The notes below the pieces were generated by a model. That model searched no databases. It had not been told where the DNA came from and was given only the letters and a program-made list of their open reading frames with translations. 64,000 nucleotides of DNA from Solirubrobacteraceae bacterium (GTDB taxonomy: Bacteria > Actinomycetota > Thermoleophilia > Solirubrobacterales > Solirubrobacteraceae): NCBI GenBank assembly GCA_036490975.1, contig DASXCS010000001.1, positions 63,225 through 127,224 of the forward strand, given 5' to 3'. Below, piece after piece: positions 19,659-28,754 of the stretch (position 1 is its first letter; every line of letters starts with the position of its first letter). The translations under genes and the position numbers were made by a program.

Positions 19659-19936
19659 TCGCCGTCCGGGCCCCGCGTCGCCGTCGCGGCATCAGTCGGC
19701 GCGTGAGCGAGCACGAAATCGACCGCCTGGCTGACCGTGAGGATCCGGGCCGCCTCCTCATCGGAGATCTGGATGCCGTAGGAGTCCTCGAGCTCCTGGA
19801 CCAGGGTGTACAGATCGAGCGAGTCGGCCTCCAGATCCTCGCGAAACCGCGATGCCTCGGCGATTCGATCAGGATCCACCTCAAGCTCGTCGGCCAGATG
19901 GGACCTGATCAGGGCAAAGATCTGCTCCCGTTTCAT
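19655..19936 (-). CDS. acpP: acyl carrier protein
   Basis: 93 aa containing ...FREDLEADSLDLYTLVQELE (the DSL phosphopantetheine attachment site). ATGA overlap with the plsX stop. Confidence 0.9.
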   Translation of the reverse strand: MKREQIFALIRSHLADELEVDPDRIAEASRFREDLEADSLDLYTLVQELEDSYGIQISDEEAARILTVSQAVDFVLAHAPTDAATATRGPDGE

Positions 19937-20991
19937 TCCTGGGACACGGTAGCCGCGGGTTCGGACACGCCGGAGCCCGCCTCGGGCGACGATGTAGAGG
20001 AGCGCAGCGCGCCGGCCGCCTCCAGTGCCGCCCGCGTGCGACCGATCACATCCTCCTGGACGGCGCGGGCCGCCACCTCAATCGCCCTGGCAAACCCTCG
20101 CTGGGAGAAACGGCCGTGGGCCACGACGCCCACGTGGCGCAACCCGAGCATGTACGCCCCGCCCTGGGCCTCGGGATCGATGTGCGCGCGAAGCTCACGG
20201 ACCGACGGAGACAGCAGCAGCCCGCCGAGGCGGCCCCGCCACGAACTCATGGCCGCCGTTCTGACCGCGCGCAGGGTGGCCATCGACACGCCCTCGGTCA
20301 GCTTGAGAGTCACGTTGCCCACGAAGCCGTCCATCACCAGCACGTCGGTGGCCCCCTCCGCAACCTGGGTCCCCTCGATGTTCCCGACGAAGTTCAGCCC
20401 AGCGCCGGCGCGACCGGCCAGCTGCTCGTGCACGCTGACCAGCTCCGGGGTCCCCTTCCCGGGCTCCTCGCCGTTGGACAGGAGCGCCACCCGGGGAGCG
20501 GAGATGCCCAGCACCGCCTGGGCGAAGGCCGAGCCCATATGGGCGAACTGGATCAGGAACTCGGGCCGGCAGGTCACGTTTGCCCCCACGTCGAGGAGCA
20601 GTACCGGGGTCGATCCTGGAAGCGGGATCGGCAGGGCCAGGGCGGGGCGGTAGATCCCGCGATCGCGCTTGAGGTTGAACAGCGCGGCGGCCAGAGCCGA
20701 TCCTGTCGAACCCCCGGAGACGAGCGCGTGGGCGCGGCCGTCGGCCACGGCCCGCGCGGCCTGAACGATCGAGGCCTCAGGAGTGGTGCGCACGGCGAAC
20801 GCCGGATCGGGGGCCTTGGCGATCGAGATCGGCGCGTCGATGATCTCCACCCCGTTGCCCACCTCACCAATCGCCTGGGCCGGCCCGAACAGCAGGACGC
20901 CGATCCCCTGTGCGGCGGCTCGGGCGGCACCCCGGGCGACCTCGGCGGGTCCCAGGTCGGCCCCGCCCGCATCGACTGCGACCGTGATCAT
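19933..20991 (-). CDS. plsX: phosphate acyltransferase PlsX
   Basis: MITVAVDAGGADLGP...VSGGSTGS...GNVTLK, PlsX family pattern. Confidence 0.93.
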   Translation of the reverse strand: MITVAVDAGGADLGPAEVARGAARAAAQGIGVLLFGPAQAIGEVGNGVEIIDAPISIAKAPDPAFAVRTTPEASIVQAARAVADGRAHALVSGGSTGSALAAALFNLKRDRGIYRPALALPIPLPGSTPVLLLDVGANVTCRPEFLIQFAHMGSAFAQAVLGISAPRVALLSNGEEPGKGTPELVSVHEQLAGRAGAGLNFVGNIEGTQVAEGATDVLVMDGFVGNVTLKLTEGVSMATLRAVRTAAMSSWRGRLGGLLLSPSVRELRAHIDPEAQGGAYMLGLRHVGVVAHGRFSQRGFARAIEVAARAVQEDVIGRTRAALEAAGALRSSTSSPEAGSGVSEPAATVSQE

Positions 20992-21170
20992 TGAGTCACG
21001 GCGTCAGGGTGTATCGCGGTAGGAATGTGCGACCGGGGCGGTCGAGGGGCCAAGCGAGACGAGGACGCAGGGGGCGAAGTCGCAGCAGCGGTACGACGAA
21101 CCCCCGAGGGACGAAGTATCGCGAAGGTCATCGGACGCATCCGGGCGTGCAGGCCTAGCGGGATAGGCCC

Positions 21171-21365
21171 TTAGGGAGAGCTCTCGGTCGCCTCCGGCGA
21201 GATCACCTCACGCCCCCGGTAGAAGCCGCACACGGGGCAGACCCGGTGGGGCAAGCGCGGGCTGTGACACTGGGGGCACTGGTTGTAGCCCGGCCCCTGG
21301 AGCTTGTGCTGGGAGCGGCGATGAGAGGTGCGGGCGTGCGACTGCTTCTGCTTCGGGACGGCCAT
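21171..21365 (-). CDS. rpmF: 50S ribosomal protein L32
   Basis: From the internal ATG at 21365: MAVPKQKQSHARTSHRRSQHKL...CPQCHSPRLPHRVCPVCGFY (Zn ribbon). Confidence 0.9.
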   Translation of the reverse strand: MAVPKQKQSHARTSHRRSQHKLQGPGYNQCPQCHSPRLPHRVCPVCGFYRGREVISPEATESSP

Positions 21366-21421
21366 GGTGGCCAGTGTACCCGGCGCCAGCGGCGATGCCC
21401 GGCGCCCGTAGCGTGGCGAAG

Positions 21422-21940
21422 CTAGTCGAAGCGCAGCTCTGAAAGCTTGGCCCAGCGGGAGTCCATGGGCCGCTCGTGAGCGTGATCCGGGCCCGCCTCG
21501 CCGAGGTTGGCGCCGCACACCGGGCAAAGCCCCGGACAGTCCTCGCGACACACCAGCACAGTGGGGAGGGCCAGGGCCAGCGCATCCCGGGCCCACGACT
21601 GCAGATCCACGAGCTCGTTCTGGAGGTAGGGCGAGGTCAGCTCCTCACCCTCCCCGGGCTGCCAGATCTCCCGCGCGTCGACATCAAATGATGGGGCAGC
21701 CGGCCCGAGGCAGCGCATGCACGGCCCGGTCAGGTTGGCCGTGAACCGGAACCGCAGCGAATAACCGGCGTGCGTGGTCCGCGCGACATCCAGCACGGCC
21801 GGCACGAGGGACGGCTCCACCGAATACCTCTCGCCCCCCAGCGACAGTGGCTCGATTCCCACCGCCACGTCGAGCCGACGGCCCTCGCCGGCCGTCAGGT
21901 GGAGTCCTGAAAGCTCGAACGTGTCGGTGCGCGGCGGCAC
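21422..21940 (-). CDS. YceD/DUF177 family protein (23S rRNA accumulation protein)
   Basis: 172 aa upstream of rpmF, as in most bacteria. Contains ...TGPCMRCLGP...CREDCPGLCPVCGANL, the DUF177 Cys motifs. Confidence 0.85.
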   Translation of the reverse strand: MPPRTDTFELSGLHLTAGEGRRLDVAVGIEPLSLGGERYSVEPSLVPAVLDVARTTHAGYSLRFRFTANLTGPCMRCLGPAAPSFDVDAREIWQPGEGEELTSPYLQNELVDLQSWARDALALALPTVLVCREDCPGLCPVCGANLGEAGPDHAHERPMDSRWAKLSELRFD

Positions 21941-21993
21941 AAATCGAGCTTAGCGGCGGGCGGTTCCTCTCCACGGTCGTTTAGGTTTCGGGG

Positions 21994-22764
21994 GTGGCCG
22001 AGTTCAGCACGCTGACGCTTGAGAGCGATGCTCCGATCGCGAGACTCACGCTCAACCGACCTGATCGCCTCAACGCTCTGAGCCGCGAAGCCCTGGCCGA
22101 GCTGATAGCAGCCGCCGAGAAGCTCGGCCAGGCCGCGGAGGTGAAGGTCGTGATCGTGGCGGGCGCCGGGCGGGCATTCTCGGCCGGCTTTGACCTGGGC
22201 GGGTTCGGTGGCGAACCAACCACGGGCCAGGTCGATCTGGGCCGACGGATGGCGGATGCCGTCACCGCGATCCCCGCGATTACGGTCGCCGCGATCCACG
22301 GGCACTGCGTGGGGGGTGCCGTGGTGCTGGCCGCCGCGTGCGACATCCGGGTCGCGGCTGCACGAACGCGGTTCGCAATTCCGGAGATCGATCTGGGCAT
22401 CCCGCTGGCCTGGGGAGGGATCCCGCGCCTGGTGCGAGAGCTCGGCCCAGCGCTGACCAAGGAACTCGTGCTGACCTGCCGGCCCTTCACCGCGGAGGAG
22501 GCTCAGGCCAGCCGGTTCCTGAATCGCGTTGTGGCCGACGACGAGCTTCGGAAGGAGGTCGACGCTCTCGCCAGTGCGCTGGCCAGCAAGTCGCGCCTGC
22601 TGCTGACACAGACCAAACAGCTCATCGACGCAGCGATGGAGGACGCCTACTCGACCGGGCAGAGCTTTCGCGATGCCGACGCGATGATGACGGCGCTGCG
22701 CGACGAAGAGTCGCGGGCCGCTTCGCGACGGTACCTGGAGGGTCGCGCCGTCGGCGGGCGGTGA
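21994..22764 (+). CDS. enoyl-CoA hydratase/isomerase (crotonase) family protein
   Basis: LTLNRPDRLNALS...VVIVAGAGRAFSAGFDL...AAIHGHCVGGA, crotonase fold motifs. Confidence 0.85.
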   Translation: MAEFSTLTLESDAPIARLTLNRPDRLNALSREALAELIAAAEKLGQAAEVKVVIVAGAGRAFSAGFDLGGFGGEPTTGQVDLGRRMADAVTAIPAITVAAIHGHCVGGAVVLAAACDIRVAAARTRFAIPEIDLGIPLAWGGIPRLVRELGPALTKELVLTCRPFTAEEAQASRFLNRVVADDELRKEVDALASALASKSRLLLTQTKQLIDAAMEDAYSTGQSFRDADAMMTALRDEESRAASRRYLEGRAVGGR

Positions 22765-22777
22765 ACGCGCCGGGCGC

Positions 22778-24124
22778 TCAGGCCGCCCGGGGCTCGATGT
22801 GGCGCTCGAGCTGGACGGGTCCGTCATCGCCGTCCGGCCCAGCCTCAAGCGCCGGAGCATCGACCCCGCTCGTGGATTCAGGCAGGGCGACGGTGCGGGC
22901 CGTGCTGGTCACGGGCTCGATCTGAGGCAGGTCGCTGTCGGCGGCCACGGCGCCATGGTCGGCAAAGCGCCGGGCGGCGGGCAGGATCCGCCGCTCATAC
23001 GAGCCGATCGTTTCGTTGTACGCGTTGACCGTGCTGTTCAGTCGAGAGCCGAGCCTGGCCAGCAGATCGGACAGCTTGACCAGCCTGGTGTGGAGCTCGC
23101 GACCCAGCGAGGAGATGGCCTGGGCGGACTCGGCCACGCGCTCCTGCTGCCAGCCATACGCCACCGCCCACAGCGTGGCCAGCAGCGTGGTGGGAGTGGT
23201 GATCAAAACCCGTTGCGCCATGGCGTCCTCAAACAGCGTTGGGTCAGCCTCAAGCGCGGTGCCGTACAGGTGCTCGCCCGGGAGGAACATGATCACGAAG
23301 TCCGGGGCCGAGTCGAGCTGGTCCCAGTACGCCTTGTCCGCCAGTGCCTTGACGTGCTTGCGCAGCAGCCGGGCGTGGGCCTGGAGGTACCGGTCACGTT
23401 CCTGCTCGTCACGCGCCTCATAGGCATCAAGGACGCCCTGGAGGGGCGCCTTGGCGTCAACCACGACCTGCTTCCCGCCCGGCATGTTCACGATCAGGTC
23501 CGGGCGAAGCACCGACGAGTCCCCGGATAGCTGCGACTGCTCGACGAAGTCGCAGTGGCGCATCATGCCCGCCATCTCCACGACGTTGCGAAGCTGCATC
23601 TGCCCCCACTGCCCGCGTGTGTTGGGCTTGCGCAGCGCCGTGACCAGCGCGCCGGTTTCGGTACGCAGGCGCTCGCCGGTCTCGGCCAGCGTCCGGATCT
23701 GGGACTCCAGCCGGCCGCGGGATTCACGCCGCTCCTGGTCCAGGCGGAGCAGTTGCTGATCCACCCGGCCGAGCTGCTCCCTGAGCGGCGCCACGAGCTG
23801 CTCGACCGCCTGCTGGCGCTTGTCAAGGTCGCCGTTGGCCTCGGCCTGGGCGGTCTTCAGCTGGGCGTGGGCCATCTCGGTCAACTGGGTCATGCTGGCC
23901 TGCAGCGCCTCAGCGCTCAGCGCCTTGAACGAATCGGACATCCGCTGGCGGTCGGCGGCCAGCCCATGCTCGTGCTCGAGGTCCGCAGTCAGGCGGACGA
24001 CCTCACGGTCCAGCTCTGACGCCCGGCCAGCCTCGGCGGTCAGGGTGCGCAGGCGCACGCGGACAAGCAGCGCCACGGCCAGCGCACCGGCGATCAGGCC
24101 CACAAGCAGGAAGAGCGCAGACAT
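22778..24124 (-). CDS. rmuC: DNA recombination protein RmuC
   Basis: N-terminal TM helix and coiled coil, then ...RKPNTRGQWGQMQLRNVVEMAGM...DFVIMFLPGE, the RmuC nuclease-like core. Confidence 0.85.
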   Translation of the reverse strand: MSALFLLVGLIAGALAVALLVRVRLRTLTAEAGRASELDREVVRLTADLEHEHGLAADRQRMSDSFKALSAEALQASMTQLTEMAHAQLKTAQAEANGDLDKRQQAVEQLVAPLREQLGRVDQQLLRLDQERRESRGRLESQIRTLAETGERLRTETGALVTALRKPNTRGQWGQMQLRNVVEMAGMMRHCDFVEQSQLSGDSSVLRPDLIVNMPGGKQVVVDAKAPLQGVLDAYEARDEQERDRYLQAHARLLRKHVKALADKAYWDQLDSAPDFVIMFLPGEHLYGTALEADPTLFEDAMAQRVLITTPTTLLATLWAVAYGWQQERVAESAQAISSLGRELHTRLVKLSDLLARLGSRLNSTVNAYNETIGSYERRILPAARRFADHGAVAADSDLPQIEPVTSTARTVALPESTSGVDAPALEAGPDGDDGPVQLERHIEPRAA

Positions 24125-24183
24125 GGGTCGATCAGCATCCCGCGCGGCCCGGACGGAACCGGGTGCGCTGCAAGAATCGGTGC

Positions 24184-24462
24184 ATGGAGGCCGAACCGAT
24201 CAGGCGCCGAGTGGTGATCAGCGGCCGCGTGCAGGGCGTGTTCTTCCGTGACTCGACCCGCGAGCGGGCCAGGGCGCACGGGCTGGCGGGGTGGGTGAGC
24301 AACCGCTCCGATGGAGCGGTCGAGGTGGTGCTGGAGGGTCCGCAGGAGGCGGTCGACCGGGTGCTGCGCTTCCTGGAGACCGGGCCGCCGCAGGCGAACG
24401 TCGAGGGAGTCGAGGTGACCGCGGAGGAGCCCGAGGGGCTGAGCGATTTCAGGGTGCGCTGA
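24184..24462 (+). CDS. acyP: acylphosphatase
   Basis: MEAEPIRRRVVISGRVQGVFFRDSTRERARAHGLAGWVSNRSDGAVEVVLEG. ATG 24184 is preferred over GTG 24163. The 3' end overlaps the convergent macro-domain gene by 14 nt. Confidence 0.85.
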   Translation: MEAEPIRRRVVISGRVQGVFFRDSTRERARAHGLAGWVSNRSDGAVEVVLEGPQEAVDRVLRFLETGPPQANVEGVEVTAEEPEGLSDFRVR

Positions 24463-24955
24463 GCGCGCGCTCGAGCGCCTCGCGGGCGGCGGCGCCACGA
24501 ACGGCGAACACGACGCGCTCAAGTCCGCTGCCCGAGTCCAGGTGCCGCCGCACCTCCTCGACCTCGATCCGCGCCGCCTCGTCGATCGGGAAGCCGCCCA
24601 CTCCGGTCCCGAAGGCCACCAACGCCAAGGACTTCGCTTCCAGCTCATCCGCACACCGCAGCGTCGACGCGGTGGCCCGCCTGATGATGTGGGCGGAGGT
24701 GGGACCTCCGAGCTCCATCGTGGCGGCGTGGATGACCCACCGGCAGGGCATCTGGCCGCCGCCTGTGGCCACGGCCTCGCCCAGGCCGATGGGTGCCGCG
24801 ACGTGGCTCTCCTCCTGCACCACCGACCCGCCCGCCCGGGCGATCGCGCCGGCCACCCCGCCGCCATGCGTCAGCTGCGTGTTGGCGGCGTTGGCGATCG
24901 CGTCGACGTCAAGCGTCGTGATGTCCGTGTCGAGGACCTCGATGCCGAGCATCAA
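24449..24955 (-). CDS. macro domain (ADP-ribose / O-acetyl-ADP-ribose binding or hydrolase) protein
   Basis: ...DITTLDVDAIANAANTQLTHGGGVAGAI...AFGTGVGGFP, macro domain signature. Confidence 0.85.
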   Translation of the reverse strand: MMLGIEVLDTDITTLDVDAIANAANTQLTHGGGVAGAIARAGGSVVQEESHVAAPIGLGEAVATGGGQMPCRWVIHAATMELGGPTSAHIIRRATASTLRCADELEAKSLALVAFGTGVGGFPIDEAARIEVEEVRRHLDSGSGLERVVFAVRGAAAREALERALSAP

Positions 24956-25015
24956 GAGCGAGGTTTGGCAATTCCGCGCCCCCCGTCGGCGCTGAATTGC
25001 GATTCACCGTCGCTG

Positions 25016-25041
25016 GGGGGCGGGCGGCAAGCCCCGCCCCC
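25016..25041 (-). other. GC-rich hairpin abutting the stop codon of the coiled-coil protein gene (no U-tract)
   Basis: 9-bp stem gggggcggg (25016-25024) / cccgccccc (25033-25041) with an 8-nt loop, read directly. Confidence 0.3.
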
Positions 25042-25505
25042 TACCCGACTTCGGCCGGCTCTTCCTTGCCCGCCAGCCGCTCCCGCCCGCGGCGGACCGC
25101 GGCGATGAACTTGGACAGGTTGACCTCAAGCGTGTTGAGGATCTCGTCGGCATAGTCCTCGGCACCCAGGCGAATTTCACGCTCACGGGCCCGGGCCTCC
25201 TCAATGATGTCCTCGGCCGCCCGCTCGGCCTGCCTGGTGATCTCCTCCTGGGAGACCATGCGCTCCTGGCGCTCGCGGGCCTCCTGCATGATCCGCTCGG
25301 CCTCGCGCTTGGCTTCGGCGAGCATCTCCTGGCGCTCCTTGACGATCCACCGGGCCTGCTTGATCTCCTCAGGAATGGTGGCGCGCATCTGGTCGAGGAT
25401 GTCGTAGATCTCCTCCTTGTCCACACGCACCTGGTCGGTCAGGGGGACCGGCTTGGCGTTGTGCACCAGATCGTCGAGCTTGTCTATCAGTACCAGGACA
25501 TCCAT
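25041..25505 (-). CDS. conserved coiled-coil protein of unknown function
   Basis: 154 aa: MDVLVLIDKLDDLVHNAKPVPLTDQVRVDKEEIYDILDQMRATIPEEIKQARWIV followed by E/R/A-rich helices. I recall similar proteins being auto-annotated as ATPase or ATP synthase B-like, but I cannot verify a family. Confidence 0.7.
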   Translation of the reverse strand: MDVLVLIDKLDDLVHNAKPVPLTDQVRVDKEEIYDILDQMRATIPEEIKQARWIVKERQEMLAEAKREAERIMQEARERQERMVSQEEITRQAERAAEDIIEEARAREREIRLGAEDYADEILNTLEVNLSKFIAAVRRGRERLAGKEEPAEVG

Positions 25506-25523
25506 TTGGGACCTCTGTTTTCG

Positions 25524-26021
25524 TCAGCGGCCTAGTCGTTCCTTCAACGCTGTCGCCACCTCCGCCGGGACCAGTTCATCTATCTCACCGCCGAAGGTGG
25601 CCAGCTCCTTCACGCCGCTGGAGCTGAGGAAACTGTACTTGGCCGAGGCCATCAGGTAAACGGATTCGATCTCGGGGGCCTGCAGGCGGTTTAGCTGGTT
25701 CATCTCCAGCTCGTACTCGAAGTCCGAGATTGCGCGAACGCCCTTGACGATCGCCATCGCCCCCCGGGCCCGGGCAAACTCGACCAGGAGCGTGCTGAAC
25801 GGCTCGACCGAGACGTTCCCCAGGTCGCTCGTCGCCTTCTGGACGAAGTGCACCCGCTCCTCCGCGCTGAACACCGTCTTCCCCTTACGCCAGGGCAAAT
25901 TGACCACTCCGACGACCACCTCGTCGTACATGGCCGACGCCCGGCCGATCACATCCAGGTGACCGTAGGTCACGGGATCGAACGTCCCGGGGCAGATCGC
26001 TATCCGGTTGTCGGGGGCCAT
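25524..26021 (-). CDS. coaD: phosphopantetheine adenylyltransferase
   Basis: IAICPGTFDPVTYGHLDVI...ISSSGVKE-like (FLSSSGVKEL). Confidence 0.95.
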   Translation of the reverse strand: MAPDNRIAICPGTFDPVTYGHLDVIGRASAMYDEVVVGVVNLPWRKGKTVFSAEERVHFVQKATSDLGNVSVEPFSTLLVEFARARGAMAIVKGVRAISDFEYELEMNQLNRLQAPEIESVYLMASAKYSFLSSSGVKELATFGGEIDELVPAEVATALKERLGR

Positions 26022-26034
26022 TTCAGCTCTGTCT

Positions 26035-26574
26035 TTAGTCCGGCAGATGGAAGATCTCTATGCGCGTGTCGCCATAACGGCGCTCGCCCGACGGGGCGAG
26101 CAATTCGAGCTCCAGCGGCGCCCGCGGGTCGCTTTCCACGACCACGCGCGCACCCGGCGCAAGCACCGGCGTCAGCGCTCCACCGAGCTCCGGTCCGAGT
26201 GCTGCCGCCTGGCTGTATGGGGGATCCAGGAACACCAAATCGTATTGACGTCCGTAAATCTCTGCATTGCGGAGAAACGGGAGCGCGCGCTGGGGGAGCA
26301 CCTCGACCGCGATGCCCAGGGCCGACACGTTGCGCCGGATTGCGGCGATCGCCGCCGGCGAGGAGTCAACCAGGGTGGCGTGGCGGGCGCCCCGGGAGAT
26401 CGCCTCAATTCCCAGCGCCCCCGACCCAGCGAACAGGTCCAGGACGATCTCGCCGGTAACGTCGGCCAGGATTGAGAACACGGCCTCGCGCACGCGTTCG
26501 GGCGTCGGACGGGTCGAGCGCCCCCGGGGCGCGGCCAGCGTTCGGCCGCCGAGGCGTCCGGCGATGACCCTCAC
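26035..26574 (-). CDS. rsmD: 16S rRNA (guanine966-N2)-methyltransferase
   Basis: MRVIAGRLGGRTL...RPTPERVREAVFSIL...DLFAGSGALGIEAISRGA...FLDPPY. Confidence 0.9.
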   Translation of the reverse strand: MRVIAGRLGGRTLAAPRGRSTRPTPERVREAVFSILADVTGEIVLDLFAGSGALGIEAISRGARHATLVDSSPAAIAAIRRNVSALGIAVEVLPQRALPFLRNAEIYGRQYDLVFLDPPYSQAAALGPELGGALTPVLAPGARVVVESDPRAPLELELLAPSGERRYGDTRIEIFHLPD

Positions 26575-28754
26575 GCGCGGATCGGCGCCAGCGCCTCGGC
26601 GCCGTACGCATCAAGCAGCGCGTCGGCCAGAAGTGAGTGCTCGGCCTGCTCCAGCTCCGAGTCCTCAGCCGTGATCGATCTCGCCCAGGCCGCGGCACGT
26701 TCGAGCAGAGCGGCGTCCTGAGGAAGCGCGGCCATCTTGAACGTGGCCAGGCCGTGCTGGCGAGTCCCGACCAACTCGCCCTGCCCCCGGAGCTCCAGGT
26801 CGATCTCCGCCAGTTTGAAGCCATCCGCGTGCCCCGCCACGGCCCGCAATCGAGCCGAGTCCTTTGGCCCGAACAGAAGGCACAGCGAGTGATGTGCCCC
26901 CCGCCCGATCCGCCCACGAAGCTGGTGCAGCTGGGAGATCCCATACCGGTCGGCATCCTCGACCAGCATCACGGTGGCGTTGGGAACGTCGATCCCGACC
27001 TCAATCACGGAGGTGGCCACCAGGACGTCGGCTTCTCCGGAGGCGAACTGCGCCATCGCGGCCTGCTTGGCCGCCGAGCGCATCTGCCCGTGTAACAGCG
27101 TGACGGAGAAGTCGCGGAGCTCACCGCTGCGAAGGCGCTCGAACTCGGCCGTGGCCGCCCGCGCCGCCAGCAGCTCCGACTCCTCGACCAGCGGACAGAC
27201 GACGAATGCCTGGCGTCCAGCCAGCAGCTCCTCCCGCATGCGCTCATAGGCTCGAGCCCGTTCGGGCTGCGTTGAGCAGACGAAGGTCTCGATTGGCTGA
27301 CGTCCCCGGGGGAGCTCTCTGAGCAGCGTGAAGTCGAGGTCGCCGTAGCCGGCCAGGGCAAGCGTCCGCGGGATCGGCGTGGCCGTCATGTGAAGTACGT
27401 GAGGCGAGAGCCCGCCGCCGGGGGCCCTGTCATCCAGAGCGGCGCGCTGCCTGACTCCGAACCGGTGCTGCTCATCAACCACGGCCACGCCAAGCCGGGC
27501 GAAACCCACGGTGTCCTGGATCAGGGCGTGGGTGCCCACGACCAGGCTGAGCTCGCCGCTGGCCAGCTTGCCCCGGATGTCAGCCGCCCGTCGGCCGGGG
27601 GTCGAGCCTGTGAGCAGCGCGACGGCGACCATCTCCCCGGGCAAGAGCGCCTGGACAGTGGCGTAATGCTGCTCGGCCAGCGTCTCAGTGGGAGCCATCA
27701 GAGCGCCCTGATAGCCCAGCTCTACCGCCCGCAACAGGGCGTAGAGGGCCACCACGGTCTTGCCCGACCCGACCTCGCCCATCAGCAGGCGCTGCATCGG
27801 CCGGGGCTCGGCGATCTCCGCTTCGACCACCGCGATCGCGCGCTCCTGGTCAGAGGTGAGTGGGAAGGGCAGGAGCTGGGAGATCCATCTCCGGGTGAGC
27901 TCCTGCGGACCATCGAGTACAGGGGCGCGGCGGGAATTGTCGCGGTAACGGCGCCGGCGCAGGAACGCCAGCTGCGCCAGCATCAGCTCCTCGAAGGCCA
28001 ACCGCCGCCGGGCTGTCTCCGGGTCGTCCTGGGCGGCCGGGAAATGGGCCGCGGCCAGAGCGCTGGGTCGGTCCGGCAGCTGCTCGGCGATGAGCAGGCC
28101 CGCGGGCAGGGGCTCGATCACGTCCGCCACCGCAGCGGCATGCTCGCGCACCAGCGCCAACAGCTGGGTGGAGGAGAGTCCGTCGCTGGCCGGATAGTGC
28201 GCCACCTCCTCCGCCCCCGCAAGCGCCTCGGCTGTCCGGGCGTGGGTCTGGACGGTGAACCGGCTGCGGGACTGATAGCGCCCGTGCAACACCAACCTGG
28301 TCCCCGGCGAGTACTGCCGGGCCAGCCAGGGCTGGTTGAAGAAGGCGACCTTCATCGTCCCCGTGTCATCGCCGACAGTGGCCTCCACGAGCGGGCGCAT
28401 ACCTCGCTTGCGAACCGAGCGCGAGGAGATGCTCCTGACCTCAACCACGACGGTGGCCACCTCGCCCAGGGCCAGCTCGGCCACCGTCCGGGCCCGCCGG
28501 CGGTCCCGGGGCAGGTGCTCGAGCAGGTCCCCCACCGTGCTCAACCCCAATACCTCGGCGGCGTGCTCGGCCTTGGGGCCGGGGAGGTCCAGCGGCTCGG
28601 CCAGGCGCTCGGGCCGCGGCCACCGGATCGTCGCCCCCAGCAGCTGTTCGCGTTCCGGCGGATCAGACGAGGCGAACGCGGTGGGGAGCACGTGAGGATG
28701 ATGATGCGGTCGGCGGTCGCCCCCTCGACCACCTACTCCGCGCTGAGCAACCAC
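26571..28754 (-). CDS. recG: ATP-dependent DNA helicase RecG (start uncertain)
   Basis: Wedge domain followed by GEVGSGKTVVA, VVDEQHRFG, HMTATPIPRT, QLHQLRGRIGRG. The start at 28754 overlaps the upstream gene by 22 nt, and GTG 28691 is an alternative. Confidence 0.92.
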   Translation of the reverse strand: MVAQRGVGGRGGDRRPHHHPHVLPTAFASSDPPEREQLLGATIRWPRPERLAEPLDLPGPKAEHAAEVLGLSTVGDLLEHLPRDRRRARTVAELALGEVATVVVEVRSISSRSVRKRGMRPLVEATVGDDTGTMKVAFFNQPWLARQYSPGTRLVLHGRYQSRSRFTVQTHARTAEALAGAEEVAHYPASDGLSSTQLLALVREHAAAVADVIEPLPAGLLIAEQLPDRPSALAAAHFPAAQDDPETARRRLAFEELMLAQLAFLRRRRYRDNSRRAPVLDGPQELTRRWISQLLPFPLTSDQERAIAVVEAEIAEPRPMQRLLMGEVGSGKTVVALYALLRAVELGYQGALMAPTETLAEQHYATVQALLPGEMVAVALLTGSTPGRRAADIRGKLASGELSLVVGTHALIQDTVGFARLGVAVVDEQHRFGVRQRAALDDRAPGGGLSPHVLHMTATPIPRTLALAGYGDLDFTLLRELPRGRQPIETFVCSTQPERARAYERMREELLAGRQAFVVCPLVEESELLAARAATAEFERLRSGELRDFSVTLLHGQMRSAAKQAAMAQFASGEADVLVATSVIEVGIDVPNATVMLVEDADRYGISQLHQLRGRIGRGAHHSLCLLFGPKDSARLRAVAGHADGFKLAEIDLELRGQGELVGTRQHGLATFKMAALPQDAALLERAAAWARSITAEDSELEQAEHSLLADALLDAYGAEALAPIRA

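Noticed and set aside
20988-21140. 50-aa minus-strand ORF in the 179-nt rpmF-plsX spacer, ending in an ATGA overlap with the plsX start.
   Set aside because: Its third-position GC is clearly lower than in neighbouring genes, the product is low-complexity (AAATSPPASSSRLAPRPPRS), and no SD is present. It is more likely non-coding leader sequence.
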